Shown piece after piece: positions 42,843-52,697 of a DNA stretch of 64,000 nucleotides. The notes beneath the pieces were generated by a model, which saw only the letters and a program-made list of their open reading frames with translations, was not told the DNA's origin and searched no databases. Each line of letters starts with the position of its first letter. Position 1 is the stretch's first letter. The DNA is from Alphaproteobacteria bacterium (GTDB lineage: Bacteria > Pseudomonadota > Alphaproteobacteria > Methylaequorales > Methylaequoraceae), in contig JBJKUS010000005.1 of NCBI GenBank assembly GCA_045563025.1, positions 101,988-165,987 on the forward strand, in the 5' to 3' direction. The translations under genes were made by a program, and so were the position numbers.

Positions 42843-43989
42843 TATGAGACGCAAATTAATAGATACTAATTTCCGCTTTCTTTTTAACTGAGTTGTTCAA
42901 CTTCGTAACCGATTCACTTGATTCATTTACCGGTTCTTTTACAAATATACGACAAAGTGACGAAATATTATTTCTCAGTGCATACGAGAACGTAAAAGTC
43001 GTTGAACAAGACTCACAACTTAACTGGGAAGAACATTCTCACCCAGTTAATATCTCTGAAGAGAGAGTAGAGGGGGCATCTAAAATTACTCTTGTTCAGG
43101 GTGGGTAGCAAAACTAAGTCCTCTGTTCCCAGGAGAAAAAATTAGAATCCATATCAGACAGTATCTCCGAAGGGTCTATGCAAAAGCGAATAGAAGTGAA
43201 GATGTCGTTTTTACTAGCGGAAGAGTTGGTATTCAGAGACTCTGCCGGGCACAAGAGTTAAAAGACAACAGAGTAGTCTCAGGAAGGGTGTTTTACAACA
43301 AAGATGGGCTTAAATGTCATTTTTGGCTCAGTTTTGACGAAAAGGGTTCTCAAAGCACAACAGATCCAATGCTAGAAAGTCGAAACCCAGACCTAAAAAC
43401 TAAACCCATACGTATGCCGGGATCAAGATTAGTATCCGTCAAAAACCCTTTTACGCTATGGCAGTACCACCCAACTCAGGAATCCAAGAGACCACGAGTA
43501 GCCAAGAGGAAGGGTGGATTGGATAATACTCACACGTAAGTCACTCATGGTGGCAAGAACCAATCTCTCTGAAAGTGAAAGAAAACTCCGCAAGGTCATC
43601 TAACATATTGAAGTCCAGGGGCTAAAAAGCGAAGTTCAGAGCAGCTAAGACAAGAGCTTCACGAGTCATTAAAGGGAGGTCCAAGCCAACAGATATCAGA
43701 TATCCGTGCGCAAGGCCATGTGTATCATCGTCACCCAAATGTTCAACCTTCTGGTTATCAATATCCAAGACCGCTATCCCGCTACCGACACCCATACCCA
43801 TACCAACATACCGTCAAGCCATACCCAAACCCCAATCAACAGGCTTATCCAAATCAACGAATTATCAGGACAATCCCAATCAAGGGCCGACTAATCAAGC
43901 GAGTTAAGTTTAAAATCACTTGAAAGTATGAGATCGAGAGGTTTAATCAGCGAGGAGTCTTATCTAAGAAAGCTAAAAGAGCTGGGTTA

Positions 43990-44716
43990 TTAATTAAATT
44001 CAACCTCGAAGTTCCATATTATGGTGTGGTTGGCAGATGCATCAGTCAGTCCGTGCAAATAACCAACTGCCCACTCATAATCCATGTCACCGTACAGTTT
44101 AAACCCAGACTCTAACTGAAAACCATACTGATGCTCCTGTTCTCCAAAGACTCTAAATTTTGAAATCTCTCCAAAGTCACTAAACCCAATCAACCCAAAA
44201 TCAATGAGTTCGAAAAAATACCTCTTTGATGTAAAAGTAATTACTTAAATCGAAGGTTGTTGACCCCCCGGCTCTACTTCCAACTTGTTTTTCAAATATA
44301 AAATTAGTAATTAAACCTAATTCATCATTATACAGTTCATTTAAGTATTTGTATTCTATTTCGTCACCTTCAGAGTTTTCTGTTACAAAGTTATACGAAA
44401 AATAAAGTGCGGCAGCAAAATTTTCAAAATCAAAAATTTGCACTTGATTCTGAAATTCAGTTTTTTCCCAATCCAGCGGAGTATCTTCCTTGTCAGAAAT
44501 ATGAAATTCCAATTCACTTTGCCAGAAACTTGTCCAAGAATATTCAGTCTCAAGAACGTGATGATGATTTTTATTTTCTTCGTTCCTATCATCGACATCA
44601 AAATGACCTCTCCATTCAAAAGATTGTCTTCCCTCTTCAACTTTTGGACTGTATATTTTATGGTGAGCTTGTAAATAAGAAAATTTAAAGAATAAAATTA
44701 AAAAAACAAGTTTCAT
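43990..44716 (-). pseudogene. Outer-membrane beta-barrel protein (His-rich N-terminal region; MipA/CopB-like?) interrupted by a frameshift at a C6/G6 homopolymer (about 44194-44200)
   Basis: ORF 44201..44716 has a signal peptide MKLVFLILFFKFSYLQA and alternating beta-strand pattern. It continues in a shifted frame as ORF 43990..44193, ending ...WNFEVEFN. The junction falls at the run gaCCCCCCgg. Confidence 0.5.
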
Positions 44717-44932
44717 TTAACTATCCAAAAGATCTTCTCTAAGGATTGTCATATGAAACTGATATGAAATCTCACCCTCATCTTCCTCTATGTAGACCAA
44801 ACCTATGAATTCATTATCATGAAAAATTTCACAAGAATCGTCTATTGATTTTCTTTTTTTAGCAACAAACTTTTCAGAACCAAATTTACTATTTAAATAC
44901 TCTTGTATTTGTTTTATCTCGAAATCGTTCAT
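44717..44932 (-). CDS. Hypothetical small protein
   Basis: 71 aa ORF abutting the upstream gene; no motif recognised. Confidence 0.4.
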   Translation of the reverse strand: MNDFEIKQIQEYLNSKFGSEKFVAKKRKSIDDSCEIFHDNEFIGLVYIEEDEGEISYQFHMTILREDLLDS

Positions 44933-44977
44933 TTGTTGTAAGGTCTTTTTAAAATGTTATGATAAACAATAATTCTA

Positions 44978-45424
44978 ATGAGGCAAGAACATAAATTAAC
45001 TTCAAAAAGAATGATAGAGTTTCTGAGCATTCTCGGCATTATTCCGTTTTATTTTGAACTCTTTGATCATCTCTTACATTTAAATACTCAATTCGAATAC
45101 GAAACAAGATTTAGGAATTTTAGTTTTATATACGGAAGTTTAATTATTTCATTTTTATCTGGAATGCATTGGCAAAAATTAATCAATGCTGAGAGTATAA
45201 AGCTATTGTACTTGCCAATGATTCCAGTAATCTTAGTTTGGTTATCATTTCTTTTTACCCCAGAATTTTTTTTCAAAATAATAATTATTATCGGACTTAT
45301 TTGGTGTTTGTTAGTGGACCTGCTAATTCTTAGAGAATTAAATCAAGATTGGTTTTTAAAATTGAGGTCCATAGTAACCTTCTTGGCCATACCTCCTCTT
45401 TTTGTAATATTTTTTGTTAAATAA
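44978..45424 (+). CDS. Hypothetical integral membrane protein (4 TM)
   Basis: 148 aa, four hydrophobic helices; a conserved-DUF membrane protein (DUF3429?) is my guess. Confidence 0.45.
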   Translation: MRQEHKLTSKRMIEFLSILGIIPFYFELFDHLLHLNTQFEYETRFRNFSFIYGSLIISFLSGMHWQKLINAESIKLLYLPMIPVILVWLSFLFTPEFFFKIIIIIGLIWCLLVDLLILRELNQDWFLKLRSIVTFLAIPPLFVIFFVK

Positions 45425-45630
45425 AATCAATATGATAGAGAGTTTTTTGATTTTTTTTCTTGAATTCAATATTTTTTAAGTCATCCTATACCATAAGGAT
45501 ATGGGGAGGTTTTTGGATGAGTGTTTTTGTCATCCGTAGATCTACTTGTATGTTATAATTAACTAGTCGGCCTAATTTGAATAGTTACGAGTTTGTCCGA
45601 CAATTTTAATAACTACGAAAGGATAATATT

Positions 45631-46341
45631 ATGGATTATCAGCTTAAAGCGGATGATTTCGTGGGTGTAACTTTTTGGATAATTTCTGTATCAATGGTTG
45701 CATCAACAGCATTCTTCTTTTTTGAATCTAACAGTGTTGCTAGACACTGGCAAACATCTGTGAGAGTGGCTGGACTAGTTACACTTATCGCAGCTGTTCA
45801 CTACTACTATATGAGAGATGTTTGGGTTGCCACTGGTGAATCTCCAACTGTTTACCGATACATCGATTGGCTCCTAACCGTTCCACTTCAGATGATAGAA
45901 TTCTATCTAATTCTTGCAGCAGTTGGCGCAGCAACCGCTGGAATTTTCTGGAGACTTCTAATTGGTACACTTATAATGCTTATTGGTGGCTTTATGGGTG
46001 AAGCTGGTTACATAAATGCAACTGTTGGCTTCATAATCGGCATGGCAGGATGGATTTATATTTTGTACGAAGTCTTTGCCGGTGAAGCTGCACAAGCTAG
46101 TGCATCAAGTAACTCGGAAGGAATGAAATCAGCATTCAATGCATTAAAATGGATTGTATCAATCGGTTGGTCAATTTACCCAATCGGTTATTTCCTAGGT
46201 TATCTTTCAGGTGCGGGTGCAGATGCATCTACACTTAACTGGGTATATAACTTAGCTGATTACATTAATAAAATTGCATTTGGTGTAATTATATGGGCTG
46301 CTGCTAAAGCTGACATCAGCCAAAGCTTAAATTTTATGTAA
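45631..46341 (+). CDS. Proteorhodopsin, blue-tuned (Gln at position 105 equivalent)
   Basis: 7-TM protein. RYIDWLLTVPLQMIEFY contains the proton acceptor D97, donor E108 and Q at the L/Q105 tuning site. Schiff-base Lys is in YNLADYINKIAFGVIIW. Confidence 0.95.
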   Translation: MDYQLKADDFVGVTFWIISVSMVASTAFFFFESNSVARHWQTSVRVAGLVTLIAAVHYYYMRDVWVATGESPTVYRYIDWLLTVPLQMIEFYLILAAVGAATAGIFWRLLIGTLIMLIGGFMGEAGYINATVGFIIGMAGWIYILYEVFAGEAAQASASSNSEGMKSAFNALKWIVSIGWSIYPIGYFLGYLSGAGADASTLNWVYNLADYINKIAFGVIIWAAAKADISQSLNFM

Positions 46342-46351
46342 ATCTTAAGGT

Positions 46352-46388
46352 AAGGGAAACATCCTAAAATATGTTTCCCTTATTTTTT
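46352..46388 (+). terminator. Rho-independent terminator after the proteorhodopsin gene
   Basis: Perfect 11-bp inverted repeat AAGGGAAACAT-cctaaaat-ATGTTTCCCTT followed by ATTTTTT. Confidence 0.8.
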
Positions 46389-47480
46389 ATGATAAAAAAC
46401 CTAAGTTATAAAAATTATCTAAAAAATCTTAATTTTGTCCGATCATCTGATAATTGGACGGACCTAAATAATTTTTCAAATAGTATAAAATCATCACTAC
46501 CTGATAAGTTAGATTATGTAAGTAGATTAAACATAGTCGATTTAAAAATGAGAGAGATTTTATGCGATGACTCGTGGATGGGACATTGTGCAAAGTATCA
46601 ATTACAATCAGGGGGGAAAAGATTTAGAGCATTACTAGCTTTGATGTCTGCAGACCTTTTCGATTTAGACATTAATTCATCCATAAACGTTGCAGTTTGC
46701 TGTGAATTTATTCATAATGCATCTCTAATACACGATGACCTTCAAGATAGAGACCTTCTTAGAAGAGGTCTTCCCACAATTTGGAATAGATTTGGTGATC
46801 ACACAGCCATAAATTTAGGTGATTACTTTATTTCAGGTTCATTTGAAATATTAACTAATATAAAAGTAAATCCCAACTACAAGTGTACTGCAATATCTGA
46901 ACTTAGCCAGATAATAAAGCAAACTTTAAAAGGACAATCACTAGAAATTTTAGGAAGATCTGATTTTGATTTACAAATGGAAGATTATGAATCGACTGCT
47001 AAGGCAAAAACTGGAGGATTGATTTGCTTGCCAATCAAACTCATTATGATACTAAAAGGAAAAAAAATTGATGATGATATGTTTCAACCTTTGTATGAAG
47101 CTGGACTTGCTTATCAGATTCAAGATGATCTTTCAGATTTTCTGGGAATTAAAGACAGAGGTTTACCTGGACGAGACTTAAAAGAAGGAAAAATGAATGT
47201 ACTAATAATGCATTTCTTAAAATATGCTACAAACGGAGAAAAATTTTTATTGCAAGAATTTCTAAAAAAGAAAACTGAATCAATTTCTGAAGAAGATATT
47301 CTTAATTGGATAAAAACAATAGAAAGCAAAGGTATAATTGAAAAATCAATTCAGCACTTAATTGATGTATCAAAAAAATCAATTGACTTGTCTAGCGAAA
47401 TGGACATAAGATTGACAGAAATTGTGAAGTTTGTTAATAAAAATATACTAAATAGAATTTCAAAAAAAATTAAAAATTAA
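46389..47480 (+). CDS. crtE: Geranylgeranyl diphosphate synthase
   Basis: GGKRFRALLAL, FARM IHDDLQDRDLLRRG, SARM YQIQDDLSDF. The track start (46371) lies inside the terminator hairpin, so the start is moved to the next Met. The true start is uncertain, and could be as late as about 46548. Confidence 0.8.
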   Translation: MIKNLSYKNYLKNLNFVRSSDNWTDLNNFSNSIKSSLPDKLDYVSRLNIVDLKMREILCDDSWMGHCAKYQLQSGGKRFRALLALMSADLFDLDINSSINVAVCCEFIHNASLIHDDLQDRDLLRRGLPTIWNRFGDHTAINLGDYFISGSFEILTNIKVNPNYKCTAISELSQIIKQTLKGQSLEILGRSDFDLQMEDYESTAKAKTGGLICLPIKLIMILKGKKIDDDMFQPLYEAGLAYQIQDDLSDFLGIKDRGLPGRDLKEGKMNVLIMHFLKYATNGEKFLLQEFLKKKTESISEEDILNWIKTIESKGIIEKSIQHLIDVSKKSIDLSSEMDIRLTEIVKFVNKNILNRISKKIKN

Positions 47481-47481
47481 A

Positions 47482-48954
47482 ATGAAAAAAGCCATTGTAG
47501 TTGGTTCAGGTTTTGGTGGTATCGCATCAGCATTAAGACTAAGAGCAAATGGTTACGACGTAGAGATTTATGAGAAACTTGACCAAATCGGAGGCAGGGC
47601 AAGAGTATTTAAAAAGTCTGGATATACATTTGATGCGGGGCCAACTGTAATTACTGCACCATTTTTATTTGATGAACTTTTTGAATTGTTCAGTAAAAAA
47701 AGAGAAAAATATATAAAGTTTGTAAAGTTAGAGCCTTGGTATAGATTTTATTTTTCTGAGAATAATAAACATTTTGATTACTCAGAGAGTCTAAAGAAAA
47801 CTGAAAAAGAAATAGCTAAATTTAACAAAGAAGATATTGAAGGTTATTATAAATTAGTAGCTTTCTCTGAAAAAATATTCAATGTTGGTTTTTTAAAACT
47901 ATCAACTGCACCATTTCACAATTTCTTCTTTATGCTTAAACAATTACCCTCTTTATTTAAACTTAAAAGTTATCACACCGTATTTGGATTAGTTGGAAAA
48001 TTTATTAAAAATAAACAATTACGACAAGCGCTAAGCATACAGCCACTGCTATTAGGAGGAAATCCAACTTCAACTACATCTATATACAACTTAATACACT
48101 TTTTAGAGCGAAAATGGGGAGTTCATTATGCAGTTGGGGGCACAGGTGGCCTGATAAAGGCCTTAAAAAAGCTTATGATTGAGGAGAATATTAAAATTAG
48201 CATAAAATCTGAAGTAACAAAATTAATTACTGATAGAAATAAAGTCTTGGGTATTGAAGTAAATAATAAGAAAAAAATATTTGCTGATAAAGTTGTCATA
48301 AATGCAGACCCTGCTTTTACTTATAAAAATCTGTTGAAAACGCCATACAATAAAAAATGGAATCAGAATAGATTAAGTAAACTTGATTATTCAATGGGTC
48401 TTTTTGTTTTGTATTTTGGCACCAAGAAAAAATATAAAAACATAGCTCATCATACAATCTGGATGGGAAAAAGGTATGAAGGATTATTAGATGATATTTT
48501 TAATAAACAGATTCTTGCTGAAGATTTTAGTTTATATCTTCATAGACCAACTGCAACTGATAAAACAATGGCTCCAAAAAATTGTGATTGCTTCTACGTT
48601 TTGTCACCTGTACCAAATCTATTAGCCAAAATTAATTGGAAAGTTGAAGCAGAAACATATAAAAATAAAATAATCAAAGCTCTGGAAAATACCATCCTAC
48701 CCAACCTTCAAAAAAATATTGATGTCTGTTTTTATATGACACCTGATGACTTTAAAAATGATTATTTATCATTAAATGGAACTGGTTTTTCAATAAGCCC
48801 TATATTTACACAATCTGCATGGTTTAGATTCCATAATAAATCTGAAGACTTCAAGAATCTTTACTTTGTTGGAGCAGGCAGTCATCCAGGTGCTGGAGTT
48901 CCGGGGGTATTAAGCTCTGCAAAGGTTCTTGAGAATATAATTGCAAATGAATAA
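47482..48954 (+). CDS. crtI: Phytoene desaturase
   Basis: AIVVGSGFGGIASALRL FAD fold, 490 aa, and crt cluster context. Confidence 0.9.
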   Translation: MKKAIVVGSGFGGIASALRLRANGYDVEIYEKLDQIGGRARVFKKSGYTFDAGPTVITAPFLFDELFELFSKKREKYIKFVKLEPWYRFYFSENNKHFDYSESLKKTEKEIAKFNKEDIEGYYKLVAFSEKIFNVGFLKLSTAPFHNFFFMLKQLPSLFKLKSYHTVFGLVGKFIKNKQLRQALSIQPLLLGGNPTSTTSIYNLIHFLERKWGVHYAVGGTGGLIKALKKLMIEENIKISIKSEVTKLITDRNKVLGIEVNNKKKIFADKVVINADPAFTYKNLLKTPYNKKWNQNRLSKLDYSMGLFVLYFGTKKKYKNIAHHTIWMGKRYEGLLDDIFNKQILAEDFSLYLHRPTATDKTMAPKNCDCFYVLSPVPNLLAKINWKVEAETYKNKIIKALENTILPNLQKNIDVCFYMTPDDFKNDYLSLNGTGFSISPIFTQSAWFRFHNKSEDFKNLYFVGAGSHPGAGVPGVLSSAKVLENIIANE

Positions 48955-49840
48955 TGCTAAAAAACTTACTCTTAAGTTCAGGGCTAAAACATTTTACTTT
49001 GCTTCAGTATTTCTCCCAAATAAAATAAGAAAAGATATTGAAAATTTATATATCTTCTGCAGATATGTAGATGATATTGGTGATGGTGGGAATTTTACAA
49101 AAAAAAATGCTATTAAAAAGCTTAGTCAAATAAAATCACAGATATTAATAAAAAAATCAGATAACCTAATTATTTCTGAATTTATTTCTTTGCAAATCAA
49201 ATACAAAATTAACGCTTCAATTCCTATTGATTTAATAAATGGAGTAAAGAGTGATCTCAATAATGTTGATTTTAAGAATAATAAAGAATTACTAAAATAT
49301 TGTTATCAAGTTGCTGGAACTGTAGGGTATATGTTTTGCAAAATCATAAAGGTAAATAACACTAAATTGATTTTTAGAGGAGTACAGCTAGGAATAGCAA
49401 TGCAACGCACAAATATTTCTAGGGATATAAGAGAAGATTTAGAATCTAATAGGATGTATTTGCCTAGGGAGGCAAGACAATATAGAGGCGAAAAAAAAAA
49501 AATAATACATAATAATAAGTTGAAGAAAACTATTTCTGAAGATTTGTTAAGTTTTTTAAAGCAAACTGAAAAATTTTATCAAAACTCTTGGATAGGTATA
49601 CGCAAACTTCCATTTAAATACGCTGTCCCCGTAAGTATAGCGGCAGAACTTTATCAGAGGATTGGAAATAAAATTATAAAAAATAATTGTAATATTTGGG
49701 ATAGAAGAATACATCTCAACAAATTTGAAAAAGTAAAATATTCCTTCTTTGCACTTTATAAATTATTTTTCTTAAAAACAAAATTAGAAAGCAAAATAGA
49801 TATCGAATGTAAATGTCTTATAGATAATATAAAAGGTTGA
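48941..49840 (+). CDS. crtB: Phytoene synthase
   Basis: YIFCRYVDDIGDG and YQVAGTVGYM squalene/phytoene synthase signatures. Confidence 0.9.
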   Translation: MQMNNAKKLTLKFRAKTFYFASVFLPNKIRKDIENLYIFCRYVDDIGDGGNFTKKNAIKKLSQIKSQILIKKSDNLIISEFISLQIKYKINASIPIDLINGVKSDLNNVDFKNNKELLKYCYQVAGTVGYMFCKIIKVNNTKLIFRGVQLGIAMQRTNISRDIREDLESNRMYLPREARQYRGEKKKIIHNNKLKKTISEDLLSFLKQTEKFYQNSWIGIRKLPFKYAVPVSIAAELYQRIGNKIIKNNCNIWDRRIHLNKFEKVKYSFFALYKLFFLKTKLESKIDIECKCLIDNIKG

Positions 49841-50973
49841 ATATATATATTATGAATAATTACGATATTATAATAATTGGAGCTGGCCTATCTGGCTTAA
49901 CTTTAGCCTTAGAACTTTCAAAGAAAACTGCTAAAAGTATTTTAATTCTTGAAAAAAAAAGAAAATTATTTTTTGACAAAAATTGGTGCTTTTGGAATCA
50001 ACCATATAATCCATTTACCTCTAAATATGATAATCAATGGGAAAATATTGCAATTAAAATAGATGGTAAAGAGATAGTCCATAATGATTTTAACATAAAA
50101 TATTTACACATCAAATCATCAACATTTTATAAAAAAGTAAGTAAGGAACTAAAACAAAAAAAAATAGAAATAAAAATGAATCAAAATATTGAAAAAATAG
50201 TTAACACTGATGATGAACAAACGGTTTTATCAAATAAAAAACAATATAAGACTAAATTAATTTTTGATAGCAGACCCGATTTTTATAAAGAAAATAAAGG
50301 ATACTTATATCAACATTTTTATGGTGTGGAAGTGATCTTTAAAAATGCCTTATTAGATGATAAAAAAGTAATGTTAATGGATTTTCAAAATTTTCAAAAT
50401 GGCATTAATTTTTTTTACGTACTTCCTTTTTCAAAAAGAAAGGCTTTATTTGAAACAACTTATTTTTCCACAAAAGTTTTAAAAGAAGAAGAATATAAAA
50501 ATGATATAAAAAATTACTTAAAAGCTAATTACCCAAATAAGGAATTTTCACATAAATTTGTTGAAAAAGGCGTCATTCCTATGTTTTTAAAAAACATAGA
50601 AACCTCCTCGCTGGTTAAAATCGGTACACCAGCAAATTGGGTAAAAATCTCCACGGGATATTCATTCCAAAATTCATTTATTAATTCTAAAGAAATCGTA
50701 AACAAACTAATAAATAAAAAAGAACTTAAAATAAAAAAAAATATAATAAATGATTTTTTAGATAGGACTTTTTGTTTTTACATTAAAAATTACAGTGAAG
50801 ATTCAAAACAATTTTTTAAATGTTTCTTTTATAAAAACAATATTAAGAACATTGTTTGTTTTTTAGTTGGAAAGGCAAGTTTTATTCAAGTTGTAAGAAT
50901 TATATTGACTCTCCCTAAAGTTAAATTAATTATTTCAGCTTTTAATATCTTGAAAGAAAGTTTAGTAAAATGA
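49837..50973 (+). CDS. crtY: Lycopene beta-cyclase
   Basis: N-terminal FAD/NAD fold YDIIIIGAGLSGLTLALEL, 378 aa, between crtB and blh. Confidence 0.8.
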   Translation: MNIYIMNNYDIIIIGAGLSGLTLALELSKKTAKSILILEKKRKLFFDKNWCFWNQPYNPFTSKYDNQWENIAIKIDGKEIVHNDFNIKYLHIKSSTFYKKVSKELKQKKIEIKMNQNIEKIVNTDDEQTVLSNKKQYKTKLIFDSRPDFYKENKGYLYQHFYGVEVIFKNALLDDKKVMLMDFQNFQNGINFFYVLPFSKRKALFETTYFSTKVLKEEEYKNDIKNYLKANYPNKEFSHKFVEKGVIPMFLKNIETSSLVKIGTPANWVKISTGYSFQNSFINSKEIVNKLINKKELKIKKNIINDFLDRTFCFYIKNYSEDSKQFFKCFFYKNNIKNIVCFLVGKASFIQVVRIILTLPKVKLIISAFNILKESLVK

Positions 50974-51851
50974 TTAAAATTGAAACTAAGATTTTTTTAC
51001 TTGTGAATGTTTTTTTTGTTATCCTTCTATCATTTTTTGAAAATATGATCTATTCAAGTTTTATAACTCAAATTTATATTTTTATTATTCCATTACTATG
51101 GCCTGGACTAGCACATGGTAGTATTGATATTCTAACCGCTAAAAGAAAAAATATTATTTCAAGTGATAAAAATAATCTTATTTTCCTAATATCATATGTA
51201 ATAATTCCTGTTTTTTTTTTTTTAATTTGGCTAAATTTTCCAAATTTTACTTTTACAGTTTTTTTAGTTCTTTCATTACTTCATTTTGGAATAAGTGATA
51301 AATTATATTTTGACAAATTAATTAGTTTAATTGAAATTTCATTAAGAGCGTTAATTGTTTTCACATTACCAATTGTATTTCATAATTATGAAACAATTCA
51401 GATTGTAAGGTTTCTTTATGTTTCAGATGAATATTTACTAACTTTGACTAAATTTTTTGAGTATCTAGTTTATTTTATAATTCCCCTAATGGCTTTGTTC
51501 ATCTACTATTCTTTTATTAAACAAAATGTTGGAGGAATTTTAGAAATATTTATAATTCTATTTTGTTTTTATTTCTTTAAACCTCTTGTTTCTTTTTTAC
51601 TTTATTTTTGTTTTCTTCATTCCACAAGACACCTTTTAAATGAAAAAAAATTATTAAATTTATCTTTTAAAAAAATATTTTTTAAAACAATTCCAATGAC
51701 ATCAATTGTTGTTGTGGGAACCTTTATACTTCTTTTTTTAAGTTATTTTTTCTTTAAATCTTCTAGTTTATTATTTTCCAGCTATATTATCATAGCCCTT
51801 TTCTGCTTTACAATACCACATATAATTTTAATAAATTTTACAAAGAACTAG
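50970..51851 (+). CDS. blh: Brp/Blh-family beta-carotene 15,15'-dioxygenase (retinal synthesis)
   Basis: 293 aa polytopic membrane protein with conserved His (PGLAHGSID, LLHFGISD, FLHSTRH). It is the terminal gene of the crtEIBY cluster next to a rhodopsin. Confidence 0.8.
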   Translation: MIKIETKIFLLVNVFFVILLSFFENMIYSSFITQIYIFIIPLLWPGLAHGSIDILTAKRKNIISSDKNNLIFLISYVIIPVFFFLIWLNFPNFTFTVFLVLSLLHFGISDKLYFDKLISLIEISLRALIVFTLPIVFHNYETIQIVRFLYVSDEYLLTLTKFFEYLVYFIIPLMALFIYYSFIKQNVGGILEIFIILFCFYFFKPLVSFLLYFCFLHSTRHLLNEKKLLNLSFKKIFFKTIPMTSIVVVGTFILLFLSYFFFKSSSLLFSSYIIIALFCFTIPHIILINFTKN

Positions 51852-52654
51852 TAAATTTCTTTTTTTAAATTACTAAACCAATTTTTTTTTTTTACTTTTG
51901 TATATGAATCAATGTTTTTAGGAATTTTAAATTTATATTCATCTTGATTACTTATTGTTCTCGTCTCTAAATTTAGTCTTTTTGTGTTACTTAAAAGACT
52001 ACCGTGAATATGATTACCAGAGAATATTAATACATCGCCAAATTCTAAATCAATACTTTTTGTGTCACTTTTTTTAAATTTAAAATTTGAAAAAGGTGTT
52101 GATGGATAGTTTTTTGAAGTTTTATATTTTTCAAAACTCCACTCCTTGCTCGTATTTTCTACTTTTTTATTAAAATATTTTGGAATTAAATAAATAGAAT
52201 TATTCTCTTTCACATTTTGCAATGGAATCCACCAATTTATTTGGTGAAAAATGTTAGACGCCCAGGTATCTCTATGGGCTTTAGCGGGTTTTAACAAACC
52301 TTTAGCTTTAGAATTGTTTTTTGGACTATATCTAAATGTAATTTTATCAGATAAGATTTCATCTATATTAAACTTCAAATGTTCAAGAAACACTGCAAAT
52401 TTCTTTAATAGTACTTTTGATTCTTTAATATTTTTTTGAAAGCTTACGAGTGAAACTTCATTAATCTCTTTAGCTCTATCATTGTTAATAAAATCATCAA
52501 CATCAATTTTAAAAAAACTTTTAAACTTTTTTAGCACGTAATTATTAAGATCAATAATTTGAATGTTATTTCTTAAAATAAAAACTTTGCCATCATAAAT
52601 AGACTGTTTAAATAGTTTGATATCTTTTATTTGTCTAATTCTTACAAATTCCAT
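51848..52654 (-). CDS. Fe(II)/2-oxoglutarate oxygenase superfamily protein (PhyH-like)
   Basis: 268 aa; HRDTW (HxD) and a later HGS His consistent with the 2-His-1-carboxylate facial triad. Confidence 0.5.
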   Translation of the reverse strand: MEFVRIRQIKDIKLFKQSIYDGKVFILRNNIQIIDLNNYVLKKFKSFFKIDVDDFINNDRAKEINEVSLVSFQKNIKESKVLLKKFAVFLEHLKFNIDEILSDKITFRYSPKNNSKAKGLLKPAKAHRDTWASNIFHQINWWIPLQNVKENNSIYLIPKYFNKKVENTSKEWSFEKYKTSKNYPSTPFSNFKFKKSDTKSIDLEFGDVLIFSGNHIHGSLLSNTKRLNLETRTISNQDEYKFKIPKNIDSYTKVKKKNWFSNLKKEIY

Positions 52655-52697
52655 ATTATTTTTAGAATTTTTCGTTAATATATTATTGAATCATTTT

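Noticed and set aside
41396-43923. Track ORFs in the 41.4-43.9 kb block (41396..41614, 41467..41724(-), 42347..42562, 42893..43108, 43288..43539, 43706..43894, 43720..43923)
   Set aside because: 41396..41614 and 42347..42562 are fragments of the single frameshifted porin-like gene, not independent genes. 41467..41724(-) is antisense to it. The rest are unsupported short ORFs in the spacer.
41170-44200. Possibility that the GC-elevated ORF-free block is an rRNA operon fragment, tmRNA or RNase P RNA
   Set aside because: Universal 16S/23S motifs (GTGCCAGCAGCCGCGGTAA, GACGGAAAGACCCCGTG and others), the tmRNA termini and the RNase P P4 sequences are absent. The block instead translates into porin-like peptides.
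44383-45276. Short ORFs overlapping the OMP gene and the DUF membrane protein gene
   Set aside because: They are antisense or out-of-frame shadows of longer ORFs.
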